A stretch of DNA of 64,000 bases, taken from the IMG/VR virus record IMGVR_UViG_3300017769_000001, positions 32,001 to 96,000 of that record, one strand, 5' to 3'. This DNA is from a virus. Below are positions 44,834-53,359 of the stretch, piece after piece. Made by a program: the position numbers and the translations under genes. A model generated the notes under the pieces. The model had not been told where the DNA came from, searched no databases, and saw only the letters and a program-made list of their open reading frames with translations. How positions within the stretch are numbered: position 1 is the first letter of the stretch; each line of letters begins with the position of its first letter.

Positions 44834-45159
44834 TACAGTTTCCCCTTCATTTCTTCATAACGACAGCCGCCATACAGCTGCCCGTTCGCTTTAACGCTGA
44901 TCAGTCGATCAACGCGGAATCGCTTGTGCTTTCCGGTTTCGGAGAATGCTCCGAACTCAGACATTGTAATCGTGTTCTGTTCACGATCATAGTTCAATTT
45001 GGCTCGACCATTGCCAGTTTTTCCTTTCTGGATTGTCTTGTTGCCAAACTGGCCGTTCATCTTTCGGATAGAGCCATCTGAATTGATGAATGTCACAGTG
45101 AACATACGACCACCGCGAATCACATCAAGCACCTGTTCACGAGTTTTAAGAATTTTCAT
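44833..45159 (-). CDS. SH3/WYL-like small phage protein
   Basis: FTVTF...DGS.R.MN, RFR.DRL.S. Confidence 0.65.
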   Translation of the reverse strand: MKILKTREQVLDVIRGGRMFTVTFINSDGSIRKMNGQFGNKTIQKGKTGNGRAKLNYDREQNTITMSEFGAFSETGKHKRFRVDRLISVKANGQLYGGCRYEEMKGKL

Positions 45160-45173
45160 TCGATTGTCAACTC

Positions 45174-45386
45174 CTATTTCACGATTTTGACATCAATCAC
45201 TGCGCTCGTCGACACTTTTCGAGTTAGTTCAACCAGTCGACCGATGTGGACAGGATGAACATAGTGAACGCCAGTGACGGTTTCGATAGCACCACTATCA
45301 ACGACTTGAAGAGTCGTTTTACGAACAACCCCGGACGAATCACAAACATTACTTTCCGCTATCCGTTTCAATGTTGCGTACTTCAT
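45174..45386 (-). CDS. Early hypothetical protein
   Basis: Operon packing. Confidence 0.5.
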   Translation of the reverse strand: MKYATLKRIAESNVCDSSGVVRKTTLQVVDSGAIETVTGVHYVHPVHIGRLVELTRKVSTSAVIDVKIVK

Positions 45387-45621
45387 TCTTGATAGCCTTA
45401 ATCAGTTGATCTTTCAGTCGTTTCCCCATAACAGGGAACCGAACGGTAGTTGAACCATGATACACTACACTGAACACACTGAACAGCTCGTGGTAGTCTT
45501 TCACCACTATAGTACTGAACCGGCGATTCGTGACAGCCTGAACCACCGGCATGTTGAAACCTTCAGCGTCTCTGGCAATCTGATTAACAATCGCTTCACT
45601 AGCTACGAATGACTTTTTCAT
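45349..45621 (-). CDS. Early hypothetical protein
   Basis: GAGGT RBS before MKKSFV. Confidence 0.6.
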   Translation of the reverse strand: MKKSFVASEAIVNQIARDAEGFNMPVVQAVTNRRFSTIVVKDYHELFSVFSVVYHGSTTVRFPVMGKRLKDQLIKAIKNEVRNIETDSGK

Positions 45622-45628
45622 GTTAACC

Positions 45629-45943
45629 TCAGTGAAGTAAGCCGTTTCGGCGACGTTGTTTAGCCGCACGGTATGAATCGTAATGGTTGCCGCTGTCACA
45701 CGGCTCTTGATCATAGACGTTGGGTGGCGTTGGGGCGACAACACGCATAACCATGTCGACAGTAATGGCGTCAACTTCAGAAACTTTGTCGGTTTTGCCT
45801 TCACTGGCGTACGCGGCTTTAGCTTTCTTAATGCCGCGTTGGATAGCAGTTTCCAACGTCTGACAGTCTGGGTTGTGTTTAGAAGCCTGCCCAGCGAAAA
45901 ACACAACAGCTTGCATTGGCGGTAAATTTGTAATGAAACTCAT
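45629..45943 (-). CDS. Early hypothetical protein
   Basis: ATGA coupling. Confidence 0.65.
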   Translation of the reverse strand: MSFITNLPPMQAVVFFAGQASKHNPDCQTLETAIQRGIKKAKAAYASEGKTDKVSEVDAITVDMVMRVVAPTPPNVYDQEPCDSGNHYDSYRAAKQRRRNGLLH

Positions 45944-46329
45944 TTTGAAATCCCCATGCCGAACTCATTGAAAGGGCGTTTGAGTACAGCGAAGTCAGCA
46001 CACTCATACGTCCGCTCGCCTTCATTAAAGCCACCGAATTCCATTATATGTTTTCCGGTTTCGGCAATAAGAACACTCTCTAATGCATCCAGTGCAGACA
46101 AGCCAGTCAGAACAAAGCATTCTCCGGTGTTCAGATTCATACAGTGAAAGATATTAACCGAATCCTTAAACTCAGCCATACCATCAAACCCCATAACCTC
46201 ACCAGTGAAGCCGGAGTTTACACGGCTCCCGTAATGACATTTCTCTGGGCTCTTAGAAACCAAGTACCCTCGTGGGATATAACCGCCGATGGCACCCATA
46301 ACAATTCTAGTTGTGATCAACAAAGACAT
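45940..46329 (-). CDS. Early hypothetical protein
   Basis: Starts at the end of cassette copy 2. Confidence 0.7.
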   Translation of the reverse strand: MSLLITTRIVMGAIGGYIPRGYLVSKSPEKCHYGSRVNSGFTGEVMGFDGMAEFKDSVNIFHCMNLNTGECFVLTGLSALDALESVLIAETGKHIMEFGGFNEGERTYECADFAVLKRPFNEFGMGISK

Positions 46330-46411
46330 ACCTTTTCCCCCTTTCCAACTTTCATTTCAAAACTTCACTACGGGTGCCACTGTATCAACAATGGCACCGA
46401 TAGTCAAGTCT
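46327..46411 (-). repeat. Early promoter / palindrome / RBS cassette, copy 2
   Basis: Near-identical to 44561-44643. Confidence 0.9.
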
Positions 46412-46415
46412 TGGT

Positions 46416-47177
46416 TTATGCAGTGATCACGAAACCACTGCTATCCTTTCTCGCCTTGCCTTTCGCAGACAAGCCAACAATGACGCCTTTCTTGTCAAGA
46501 AACCGCAGGTCGGATTCATCGCCGTTCTCTACTGTCTTCCCCATCCACATGATGGGGAACAGCTTTTTGCTGAACACTACAGCAAGATTCACGCCATACT
46601 TGTTAGCAGCCGCAACAATCAAGTCACGGTATTTTTCATTGGCTTCACTATAACTGGCGGTGATATGCCAGTTATCGACACCGGCAGCAGCCCTCATGAT
46701 ATTTGGGCGTTTGGTGTAGTCATAAAACTGAATGTGGCTGTACTTGTCGAAAATGGTCTCGCCGTCCTTGTAAACAACATTCATCCAATTGATATCAGAC
46801 GTACCATTCAAACGCAGTACTGGTATCATACCTTTCCGTTCCGCCTTTTTGATCATGGCGTCAATTTCAGCACACAACCATTCAAAGAACAGGTCTCGGT
46901 TCTCTTCAAACAACCGCGTTCTTTCGGCTCTGGCTCGACCGATACCCGGCATGAAAGCAGCCCGACCGGCAGACACCAGACACGGAGTCCGACAACCGGC
47001 TATTTCTGACATTGGGCAGATCTGGTCGTTGGGCATCATGTACAGAACCCCAGTCAAGTAACCAAACTTCTGTCCTTTGATGGTTTTGGAGTCGACACCG
47101 ACTGAAAGCAAAGAACCAACTTCGTATCCGAGCAGGTTCACTTTCCGGATTATCGCAGCTTTTGATTGCTTTTTCAT
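46416..47177 (-). CDS. Gene product 88-like protein
   Basis: CP.....C...CL...GR, RLNGTSDI, FYDYTK, GDESDLRFLD. Confidence 0.75.
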   Translation of the reverse strand: MKKQSKAAIIRKVNLLGYEVGSLLSVGVDSKTIKGQKFGYLTGVLYMMPNDQICPMSEIAGCRTPCLVSAGRAAFMPGIGRARAERTRLFEENRDLFFEWLCAEIDAMIKKAERKGMIPVLRLNGTSDINWMNVVYKDGETIFDKYSHIQFYDYTKRPNIMRAAAGVDNWHITASYSEANEKYRDLIVAAANKYGVNLAVVFSKKLFPIMWMGKTVENGDESDLRFLDKKGVIVGLSAKGKARKDSSGFVITA

Positions 47178-47181
47178 GATG

Positions 47182-47535
47182 TTATCCCCAGTATTTCCAA
47201 TCAGTTTCAAAGAAAGAACCACTACCAGTCTTTCGGTCGACATTCAAGCGATATTCGACTTCACCAATGCCGTTGTCGGTTTCCACAAGCAACCGAATAA
47301 ACCCAGTCAGTCGATCACGACCATGCAACTCACCATAACAGTACTCTGGGTATGATGGTTCGACTGAAGTAGAAGTAGAATGCGGTAACTCGATATCAGT
47401 GACTTCAGACAAAACCTTAAAGTCACCATATACTTTGTTGATAATGTCTTGCTGGCTCGCGCCTTTTCTAGTGAACAGCGCAGTACAGAACCGGCCAAGT
47501 TTATCAGTGTATTCAACCTTTACAAACGCTTTCAT
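47182..47535 (-). CDS. Early hypothetical protein
   Basis: GAGGGGAAAAGGT-ATG leader. Confidence 0.7.
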   Translation of the reverse strand: MKAFVKVEYTDKLGRFCTALFTRKGASQQDIINKVYGDFKVLSEVTDIELPHSTSTSVEPSYPEYCYGELHGRDRLTGFIRLLVETDNGIGEVEYRLNVDRKTGSGSFFETDWKYWG

Positions 47536-47550
47536 ACCTTTTCCCCTCGG

Positions 47551-47694
47551 TCAACCACCGCACATTTTCAAGTCTTTTTGAAGCATTTTCAATTCTGCTT
47601 CAAGTAAATCGCGATCACGCGCAGTAGCCATAATTTTGAGTTTCATCTCAACGAGAGCGATTTTCTTGATCAATGACTTTTTGTAATCGGTCAT
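47551..47694 (-). CDS. 47-aa coiled-coil early peptide (not in ORF track)
   Basis: MTDYKKSLIKKIALVEMKLKIMATARDRDLLEAELKMLQKDLKMCGG*, directly after cassette copy 3. Confidence 0.75.
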   Translation of the reverse strand: MTDYKKSLIKKIALVEMKLKIMATARDRDLLEAELKMLQKDLKMCGG

Positions 47695-47770
47695 ACCTTT
47701 CCCCTTTCCGACGTTTCAAAACTTCACTACGGGTGCCACTGTATCAACAATGGCACCGATAGTCAAGTCT
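47692..47770 (-). repeat. Early promoter / palindrome / RBS cassette, copy 3
   Basis: Near-identical core to copies 1 and 2. Confidence 0.9.
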
Positions 47771-47783
47771 TGTTTTAAAATTG

Positions 47784-48035
47784 TCAGTCGACAATTTCCA
47801 GACCATAGACACCCGGATAGAATTCTTGACGAATCCCAGTATCGATATCTTCAACGAACACGCGACCGGTAGAATTCTCGTGTTTTGGGCGAGAATGTGA
47901 GATCAACTTCGCAGCACCGCCGCGAAAGTCACGCACAGTATCGCCAGCGGAAACAGTCTTACCGGAATGCATGTCAATCACTTTCGAAGTATCCGGCTTT
48001 TGTACCATACCACTCAGAATGATTACAGTTGTCAT
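47784..48035 (-). CDS. Early hypothetical protein
   Basis: AAGGGGAAAGGTA-ATG leader. Confidence 0.7.
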   Translation of the reverse strand: MTTVIILSGMVQKPDTSKVIDMHSGKTVSAGDTVRDFRGGAAKLISHSRPKHENSTGRVFVEDIDTGIRQEFYPGVYGLEIVD

Positions 48036-48046
48036 TACCTTTCCCC

Positions 48047-48256
48047 TTAAAACGGATTCGACCAATTGTCGTACTGCTGCTGCGTGATTAGACCATCCTT
48101 ACACAGACCATCGGTAAAGACAGACCATGCCTCACGTTTGGCGATAGAGTCGCCGTTAAAGTTTGTGCAACGCACACACTCACGAAACATAGTCAACGCT
48201 TCATCCTTACGGACTCGAACCTTTCGCACACCTTTCATAGCACACCTCAATAACAA
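48047..48256 (-). CDS. Early hypothetical protein
   Basis: D..AKREAW..FTD.LCKDG.IT..QY.NW..P phage motif. Confidence 0.75.
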   Translation of the reverse strand: MLLRCAMKGVRKVRVRKDEALTMFRECVRCTNFNGDSIAKREAWSVFTDGLCKDGLITQQQYDNWSNPF

Positions 48257-48732
48257 AAGTCAACACTTACAACCTTAGCAGGAATGTCTCCATACTCTCC
48301 GACATTTATCGCATCGGACATGTAGTAGTCGACAATACCATCAACCGTCCCGCTGATATCAGTATCGAACGACATGAGCCCACATGACTCCCCGATTGGT
48401 CGGTAGTTGACTTTTACGCTGTGCGGTTTTGGTGTGGATTTTTCCCGCCGAATGGCTTTAGCACTCGCTTTCAGAATACAAACCAGCTCCGACTTAGTGA
48501 GTGCGGTGGTTCCAAAGGCATCCTTGTGCTTTTTGGATATAACCACAAACATAGAATCCCACTCTCGAAGTGGAATGTCGTTGAAATTCGGACAGATAGA
48601 GTCGACAATTCTCGACTCCCCAATCCCACTGGCAACTAACTGTTTCATACCATCAGTTACAAACTGACCATAGAATTGGTCATGTGTGAAATGACCAGCC
48701 ATGTATTCTTTGCGCGTTATCAAAGTGTCCAT
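48247..48732 (-). CDS. Early hypothetical protein
   Basis: TRKEYM, H..FYGQF, FNDIPL..WD. Confidence 0.75.
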   Translation of the reverse strand: MDTLITRKEYMAGHFTHDQFYGQFVTDGMKQLVASGIGESRIVDSICPNFNDIPLREWDSMFVVISKKHKDAFGTTALTKSELVCILKASAKAIRREKSTPKPHSVKVNYRPIGESCGLMSFDTDISGTVDGIVDYYMSDAINVGEYGDIPAKVVSVDFCY

Positions 48733-48751
48733 AACTTTTCCCCTATACTAT

Positions 48752-49027
48752 TCACACACTACGCATGATTACAAGATTGATTACGACACAATCGCCCGCC
48801 ATGCCGTCGACGTCGTTTGTGTGACAGAATTCTGATTCCGCGCCCTCGCTGACAGACCAGTGATAGTGTGTACCTCCAAAGGCGTCTCTAAGACTTTCGG
48901 CGCGTTCTTCCAATGCGTCGACCGATTCAATTTCATCGTCGGTCATACCTGTTTCGTCTCCGTTTACGATACTGCAAAGAGCATACGAAGGCACAGTAAA
49001 CTCGATATTTTCCAGTACTTCTGTCAT
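48752..49027 (-). CDS. Acidic early protein, first gene of the early operon
   Basis: VP.YAL..IVNGD.TG..D.E motif; GGAAAGGGGAAAAGTT-ATG. Confidence 0.75.
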   Translation of the reverse strand: MTEVLENIEFTVPSYALCSIVNGDETGMTDDEIESVDALEERAESLRDAFGGTHYHWSVSEGAESEFCHTNDVDGMAGDCVVINLVIMRSV

Positions 49028-49049
49028 AACTTTTCCCCTTTCCAACATT

Positions 49050-49655
49050 GACAGCACACTTCGGAGAGCTGCCGCCTAACATAAGCGGCAACCCGAAATC
49101 AACTGTTTTGGCTAACTTGCTCGTTAACAGCTTGCCACACTGACACTATTTCCCGCCTATGAGATACACCAGACTGCCAGCGGGAATAGCCGATATAGTG
49201 ACAGTCTGGCTGAATTCCGCGTTTCAGCCTTCAGCGGATAGTCTCGAACCGGTTTTGTGTGTTAGGTCATTTACAAGGACACACGAACCCCTTGAACGTA
49301 AATTTACAGTTTGGGTGCATTGAAATCATACACTTACACTGAAGGCTGTTACCGCCTGAGAGTGACATTCTCCGGTTAAGAGACTATCCGCCAGCATGTA
49401 AGATCGACACCTTTTCAGGCGCAACTGTGCCACGCTAACACATTTGCCTTTACTCCGTTCCAGTTTGTTACCGGTGGCCGCAACTATAACAGAGCCAGAA
49501 TCATTAGGTTACTAAAAGCGCCAAAAACTCACTTTCACTTTCGCCGACATTCATGGCCTAGCAAGTACTAGCCGCACGTTCTGAGTGCGATACAGTCCTA
49601 GACGTAACTCCCCTTCGGGAATGGGATTCCACCGTAGTGATACCCGTTGTCTCCA
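49050..49655 (-). ncRNA. ~600-nt structured leader / ncRNA
   Basis: No ORF; long-range stems and two possible pseudoknots; follows promoter and boxA. Confidence 0.6.
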
Positions 49656-50133
49656 AATTTTTAAAGAACGTTGGCGTTTCAGCCTGTGAACCATTATACA
49701 GCGTTGGTTCCCGTTGTCAAGTTTCGTTTTAAAGTTTTTTCGGTTTCCCGAAAAATCGAATCTTGATTTTGCCGTTTCAGTCTATCAGACTTGATCTGTC
49801 GTCGTCAATGCTTTTTTTGCCTTTTTGCGCGGTCTGTCGTTTGGATAACATGCCGAAACAGTACCCTATCCTAACCTGCCACCTGATAACTATTATGTAT
49901 TGTCAGGTAGTGCAAAACGACTGGCATTGATAATTTAAGCCTAGTCTAATCGAATGATCTGGCTATGTCAAGATCAAAACGAAACTCAATTTTTAAAGAA
50001 CGGTGCCGTATTGGCATGGCTTCACTTTACTGAAAGCCGTTTCCCTTGTCAAGCGATTTTTTGCTTAACTCCGCTGGCGTTGTTTGCCGCGTTTCCATGG
50101 TTCCCATGATACGGATTTCAAAACGAAAGTCAA
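49656..50133 (-). promoter_or_regulatory. Five tandem sigma70 early promoters with two identical boxA-like 15-mers
   Basis: TTGACA-16-TATAAT (49720), TTGACG-18-TAGACT (49808), TTGACA-17-TAGACT (49971), TTGACA-17-TAAAGT (50052), TTGACT-16-TATCAT (50133); CGTTCTTTAAAAATT at 49656-49670 and 49988-50002. Confidence 0.8.
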
Positions 50134-50134
50134 A

Positions 50135-50490
50135 ATTTTTATTTCCCTTTCAAATCAACAACTTACAACGATACGTCACGTAACTTATTGATTTTCTTAG
50201 AAAAAATAATTTTAAAATTTTGCGTTTTTTCTGTCCGGGGTTCTTGCTTCATTTATATGCAAATCGTGGGCGCGATTTTCTCAAAATTTTGTTTGGTGGT
50301 CAAATTAATTTTAGTTAATTTTTGTTAAGTCTTTGTTTTTATTAGGGATTTTCTTTTTCCTGTGGGTTATCCACTGGGGTAAATCTTGGTGTGTGGATAA
50401 GTGTGTAACTGTGGAAACCCTGTGTATAAGTGTGTTTTCGCGGGGGTTTCACACTACACTTCACACTACACTTCACACCACACTTCACAC
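50135..50490. other. oriC-like locus: IHF sites, AT-rich tract, DnaA boxes, 12-bp direct repeats
   Basis: WATCAANNNNTTR at 50153-50165 (+) and 50181-50193 (-); TTATCCACT 50367, TGTGGATAA 50392, TGTGGAAAC 50410, TGTGTATAA 50421. Confidence 0.65.
50448..50490. repeat. 3.6 x 12-bp tandem repeat TTCACACYACAC
   Basis: Direct reading. Confidence 0.9.
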
Positions 50491-50615
50491 GAGAAGATTC
50501 CTCGAATAATCGGCGCTTCGCGCCGACCTCAAATCGTTGCACAGATGTCCTTCATGTGTCAGCAAAATGACGCTTCCTACTAAATAAAGGGTATCAAACT
50601 AATACAAATTTTGCT

Positions 50616-51014
50616 ATGACTGATACGATAAAAGACGAATCACTCAAAGAGCGACTGATCATGGTGGAGCAACAACAAAGCCACCAGAAAGAAGTACTAC
50701 TTGAGATCAACGATACTCTCAGAGAAGTCGTCAAGACTCAGCACGTCTTGGCGAACCAGAGGAAAGATATTGACAGGTTGACGAAAGAGAACGAAGTCAT
50801 TCTCAAAAAGTTTCATGCTGCGGATATCGAGAATGCTGCTAGGAGTTCTCGTGATGAGTATACAACAAAGCTTGTGGAGTCTCTCAATAAAAAGGTAACT
50901 AACGATATCGAACCCCAGCAACAAAAAGTAAAGACTTACTTGAAGATTGCTGGAGTCGTATCTGGTGCTGGCTGGGCTCTTTTCTTGGCTACTTTGAAGT
51001 ATTGGGTTGGTTAG
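50616..51014 (+). CDS. Late coiled-coil protein with C-terminal TM helix (holin / XhlA-like)
   Basis: TAAATA promoter at ~50581; heptad pattern; IAGVVSGAGWALFLATL. Confidence 0.55.
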   Translation: MTDTIKDESLKERLIMVEQQQSHQKEVLLEINDTLREVVKTQHVLANQRKDIDRLTKENEVILKKFHAADIENAARSSRDEYTTKLVESLNKKVTNDIEPQQQKVKTYLKIAGVVSGAGWALFLATLKYWVG

Positions 51015-51017
51015 GGG

Positions 51018-51560
51018 TTAACGCACCCCTAACTGCCTGCGACGTCTCATAGCCTTCTTACGCTTCTTGACAGCACGACGTGTTGCTCCCACATCCCTTC
51101 TACGAGTCCTTGCTGCTTTTCTTGCTCTACGCTTCAAAGCGGTCTTACTCATCCCTGTAGTTCGAACGGCTTGGCGGGATCTTACTTGACGGGATCTTAC
51201 GCGGGAAACCTTACCAGAAGAAGATACTCGGCGTTTCAACTGCTCTTCAAGCTGTTCACACTCAGCTACAAGCAATTCTTCAAACCAACCCGACTCAGAC
51301 ACCAGATCACTGATATCATCGCCGTACGCTTCGCTGAGAGCCTCCTGAACCTCATCTTCACACACTTCGATAGAGAGGTCTTCGTTTACATAATGCCATA
51401 CGACTTCGCCCTCTTCTACGGTGGTCACATAATCAACCACATCGTCAGAAGTTTTTTCAAACTCGACGATGTGGTTTTTGATTTCAGAGTACTTCTCAAT
51501 CTCTACTTGGAAGAGTGGGTCATACTCACTCTCACTATAGAACATAACTTGTTGTGTCAT
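51018..51560 (-). CDS. 68: Prohead core protein gp68-like
   Basis: LEE..KRRVSSSGKV.R..., TTGMSK...RRARKAARTRR, KKRKKAMRRRRQLG resembles the T4 gp68 C-terminus. Confidence 0.85.
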   Translation of the reverse strand: MTQQVMFYSESEYDPLFQVEIEKYSEIKNHIVEFEKTSDDVVDYVTTVEEGEVVWHYVNEDLSIEVCEDEVQEALSEAYGDDISDLVSESGWFEELLVAECEQLEEQLKRRVSSSGKVSRVRSRQVRSRQAVRTTGMSKTALKRRARKAARTRRRDVGATRRAVKKRKKAMRRRRQLGVR

Positions 51561-51593
51561 TTCAAAACATCCACGGCTATGTTCTTTATTTAC

Positions 51594-52820
51594 TCAAGGA
51601 ACAACAACCAATAGAGATTCTGAAGGTCTGGTGCAGCCGGTGTAACGGTATCGCTTCTGATCGATAAAGAAAGACACATCCTCATCATAGAAGATCACAT
51701 TGGGCATACTACTTCCCTGCATCTTATGGCAAGTCAATGCGTACCCGAACGTGAAGTCGTGCAAGTTCCTATCACCGAAGTTCTCTGGAGATCGAACACT
51801 CTCATCCCACATATTGTTGTCGACCCGAACGGTCAGGAGTGGCCCACATTTCTGCATGTCAGCTCCGATTTTCTGGATCTGGAACTGCGATGTCTTGTCA
51901 CCGATATACGAGGTCAGAACTTCAAACAACTCACCGTTATTGATCTTTGATCCTGCTACCACACTATTCGATAGACATACGACCCGATCTCCGGGTTCCG
52001 GATACTCGGAAGTTTTACCAATAGCCGCACGAACGAGCATGTTATACTTCGCTCTCGTTCTGTTTGTGCCACAGATTATGACATCCCAATCTTTCCAGTT
52101 TTCACGGAGCCACTTCATATTGAAGTCTTTCTTTCGAAGTTTCTTCACGTCATCGCCTGCCGACTTGAAGCTCAATCTCCCCGTTGTTCGAATATCCTGA
52201 GCAAACATGTTTATAGACGACCCATCAGCGGTTCTCTTGACTTCTTCCAGAAAGATTATCGGCATGTTGTCAAACAGATGTGCGTACTTCTCACTCTGGT
52301 TCGATATAGCAGTGAAAACACTCTCACCGTCGATACAGTCAAGCTGTTCGTCATCGCCGACAAACAAAACGAACGCACCAGTATCAAGAACCTTTGAGAT
52401 AAGATCAAGCGGCATCATCGATGCTTCTTCAACGATTACGTAATCTCCGATCTCGTCCCGTATAGTCTGTACGTCTTTCTGCTTGAAGTACAGGAGATTG
52501 CCATTGTGATCAAGAACTGGTTCGTAGAACAGGGAATGTGACGTCGAACATGGAACGCCACGATCATTCAAGTTTTCACATGCTCGCCCTGTAAAGGATG
52601 TAACACATCCACGGATTCCGTATCGTGTCTCAGCTATCACCAACTCACTCCACAGAGACGATATGACAGCCGATTTACCAGTTCCTGCATATCCACTGAT
52701 ACACGCAAACTGAGTCTTACTATCGGCGATCCCGCTTCTTCTGAGTACGGTGTGGAGCATTATTGAGTTGTATGCAGTCAAGAATGCCATTTGCTGCATT
52801 TCTGTTAACTTGTTTGTCAT
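51594..52820 (-). CDS. dda: Dda/RecD-like SF1B helicase
   Basis: GYAGTGKS, EEASM, GD..QL, YALTCHKMQGS, YTGCTR. Confidence 0.9.
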   Translation of the reverse strand: MTNKLTEMQQMAFLTAYNSIMLHTVLRRSGIADSKTQFACISGYAGTGKSAVISSLWSELVIAETRYGIRGCVTSFTGRACENLNDRGVPCSTSHSLFYEPVLDHNGNLLYFKQKDVQTIRDEIGDYVIVEEASMMPLDLISKVLDTGAFVLFVGDDEQLDCIDGESVFTAISNQSEKYAHLFDNMPIIFLEEVKRTADGSSINMFAQDIRTTGRLSFKSAGDDVKKLRKKDFNMKWLRENWKDWDVIICGTNRTRAKYNMLVRAAIGKTSEYPEPGDRVVCLSNSVVAGSKINNGELFEVLTSYIGDKTSQFQIQKIGADMQKCGPLLTVRVDNNMWDESVRSPENFGDRNLHDFTFGYALTCHKMQGSSMPNVIFYDEDVSFFIDQKRYRYTGCTRPSESLLVVVP

Positions 52821-52877
52821 TGCTCTCCCCAAGATTCATGACGTATCCGTGCATTATGGCACGTAAAGGAGAAAAAG

Positions 52878-52900
52878 AAAACCCTGCCGAAGCAGGGTTT
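52878..52900 (-). terminator. Intrinsic terminator
   Basis: CCCTGC-TTCG-GCAGGG followed by a T-rich tail. Confidence 0.85.
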
Positions 52901-52907
52901 GTGTGGG

Positions 52908-53324
52908 TCAGTCTTTTTTCTTCGGTGGTCGACCGGGGCCGCGACGTTTTGGAGCGTCTTCAGAAGATTTGGCTTCAGATTTCTCCGAATCCTCAGAACT
53001 TTCAGGCCCACGAAGAATCGGATCTTCTTCCTTTTCTTTCTTTTCAACCGGTTTGTTGTGAACTTGAATCAGATTCTTGTACACAACCAGTGCGTTTCGA
53101 CCGTTATCCAGCTGGAAGTCCCGCATGGCGGTCAGAAGGTCAACTTCACTTCGGCTGTGCAGGTCTCTCAGCCGATTGTAGTCAACACGAGCAATGCCGT
53201 TCAGAGGAATGTGAACAGTTGCAGACTCGTTGTCACTCAAAACGATAACGCGCTTTTTGCGACGACCGGTTACGGTTTCTACGATGATATCCGTCAGAAA
53301 CGGATTGGGGTTTTTACTAGCCAT
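52908..53324 (-). CDS. Hypothetical protein with C-terminal AT-hook-like RGPGRPPK
   Basis: AGGAG RBS. Confidence 0.7.
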   Translation of the reverse strand: MASKNPNPFLTDIIVETVTGRRKKRVIVLSDNESATVHIPLNGIARVDYNRLRDLHSRSEVDLLTAMRDFQLDNGRNALVVYKNLIQVHNKPVEKKEKEEDPILRGPESSEDSEKSEAKSSEDAPKRRGPGRPPKKKD

Positions 53325-53359
53325 ATGTGCTCCTTTGATTTGTTGGCTTGAATCTCTAT

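Noticed and set aside
50448-50490. 12-bp repeats as a CRISPR array
   Set aside because: Contiguous tandem units, no spacers, no cas genes
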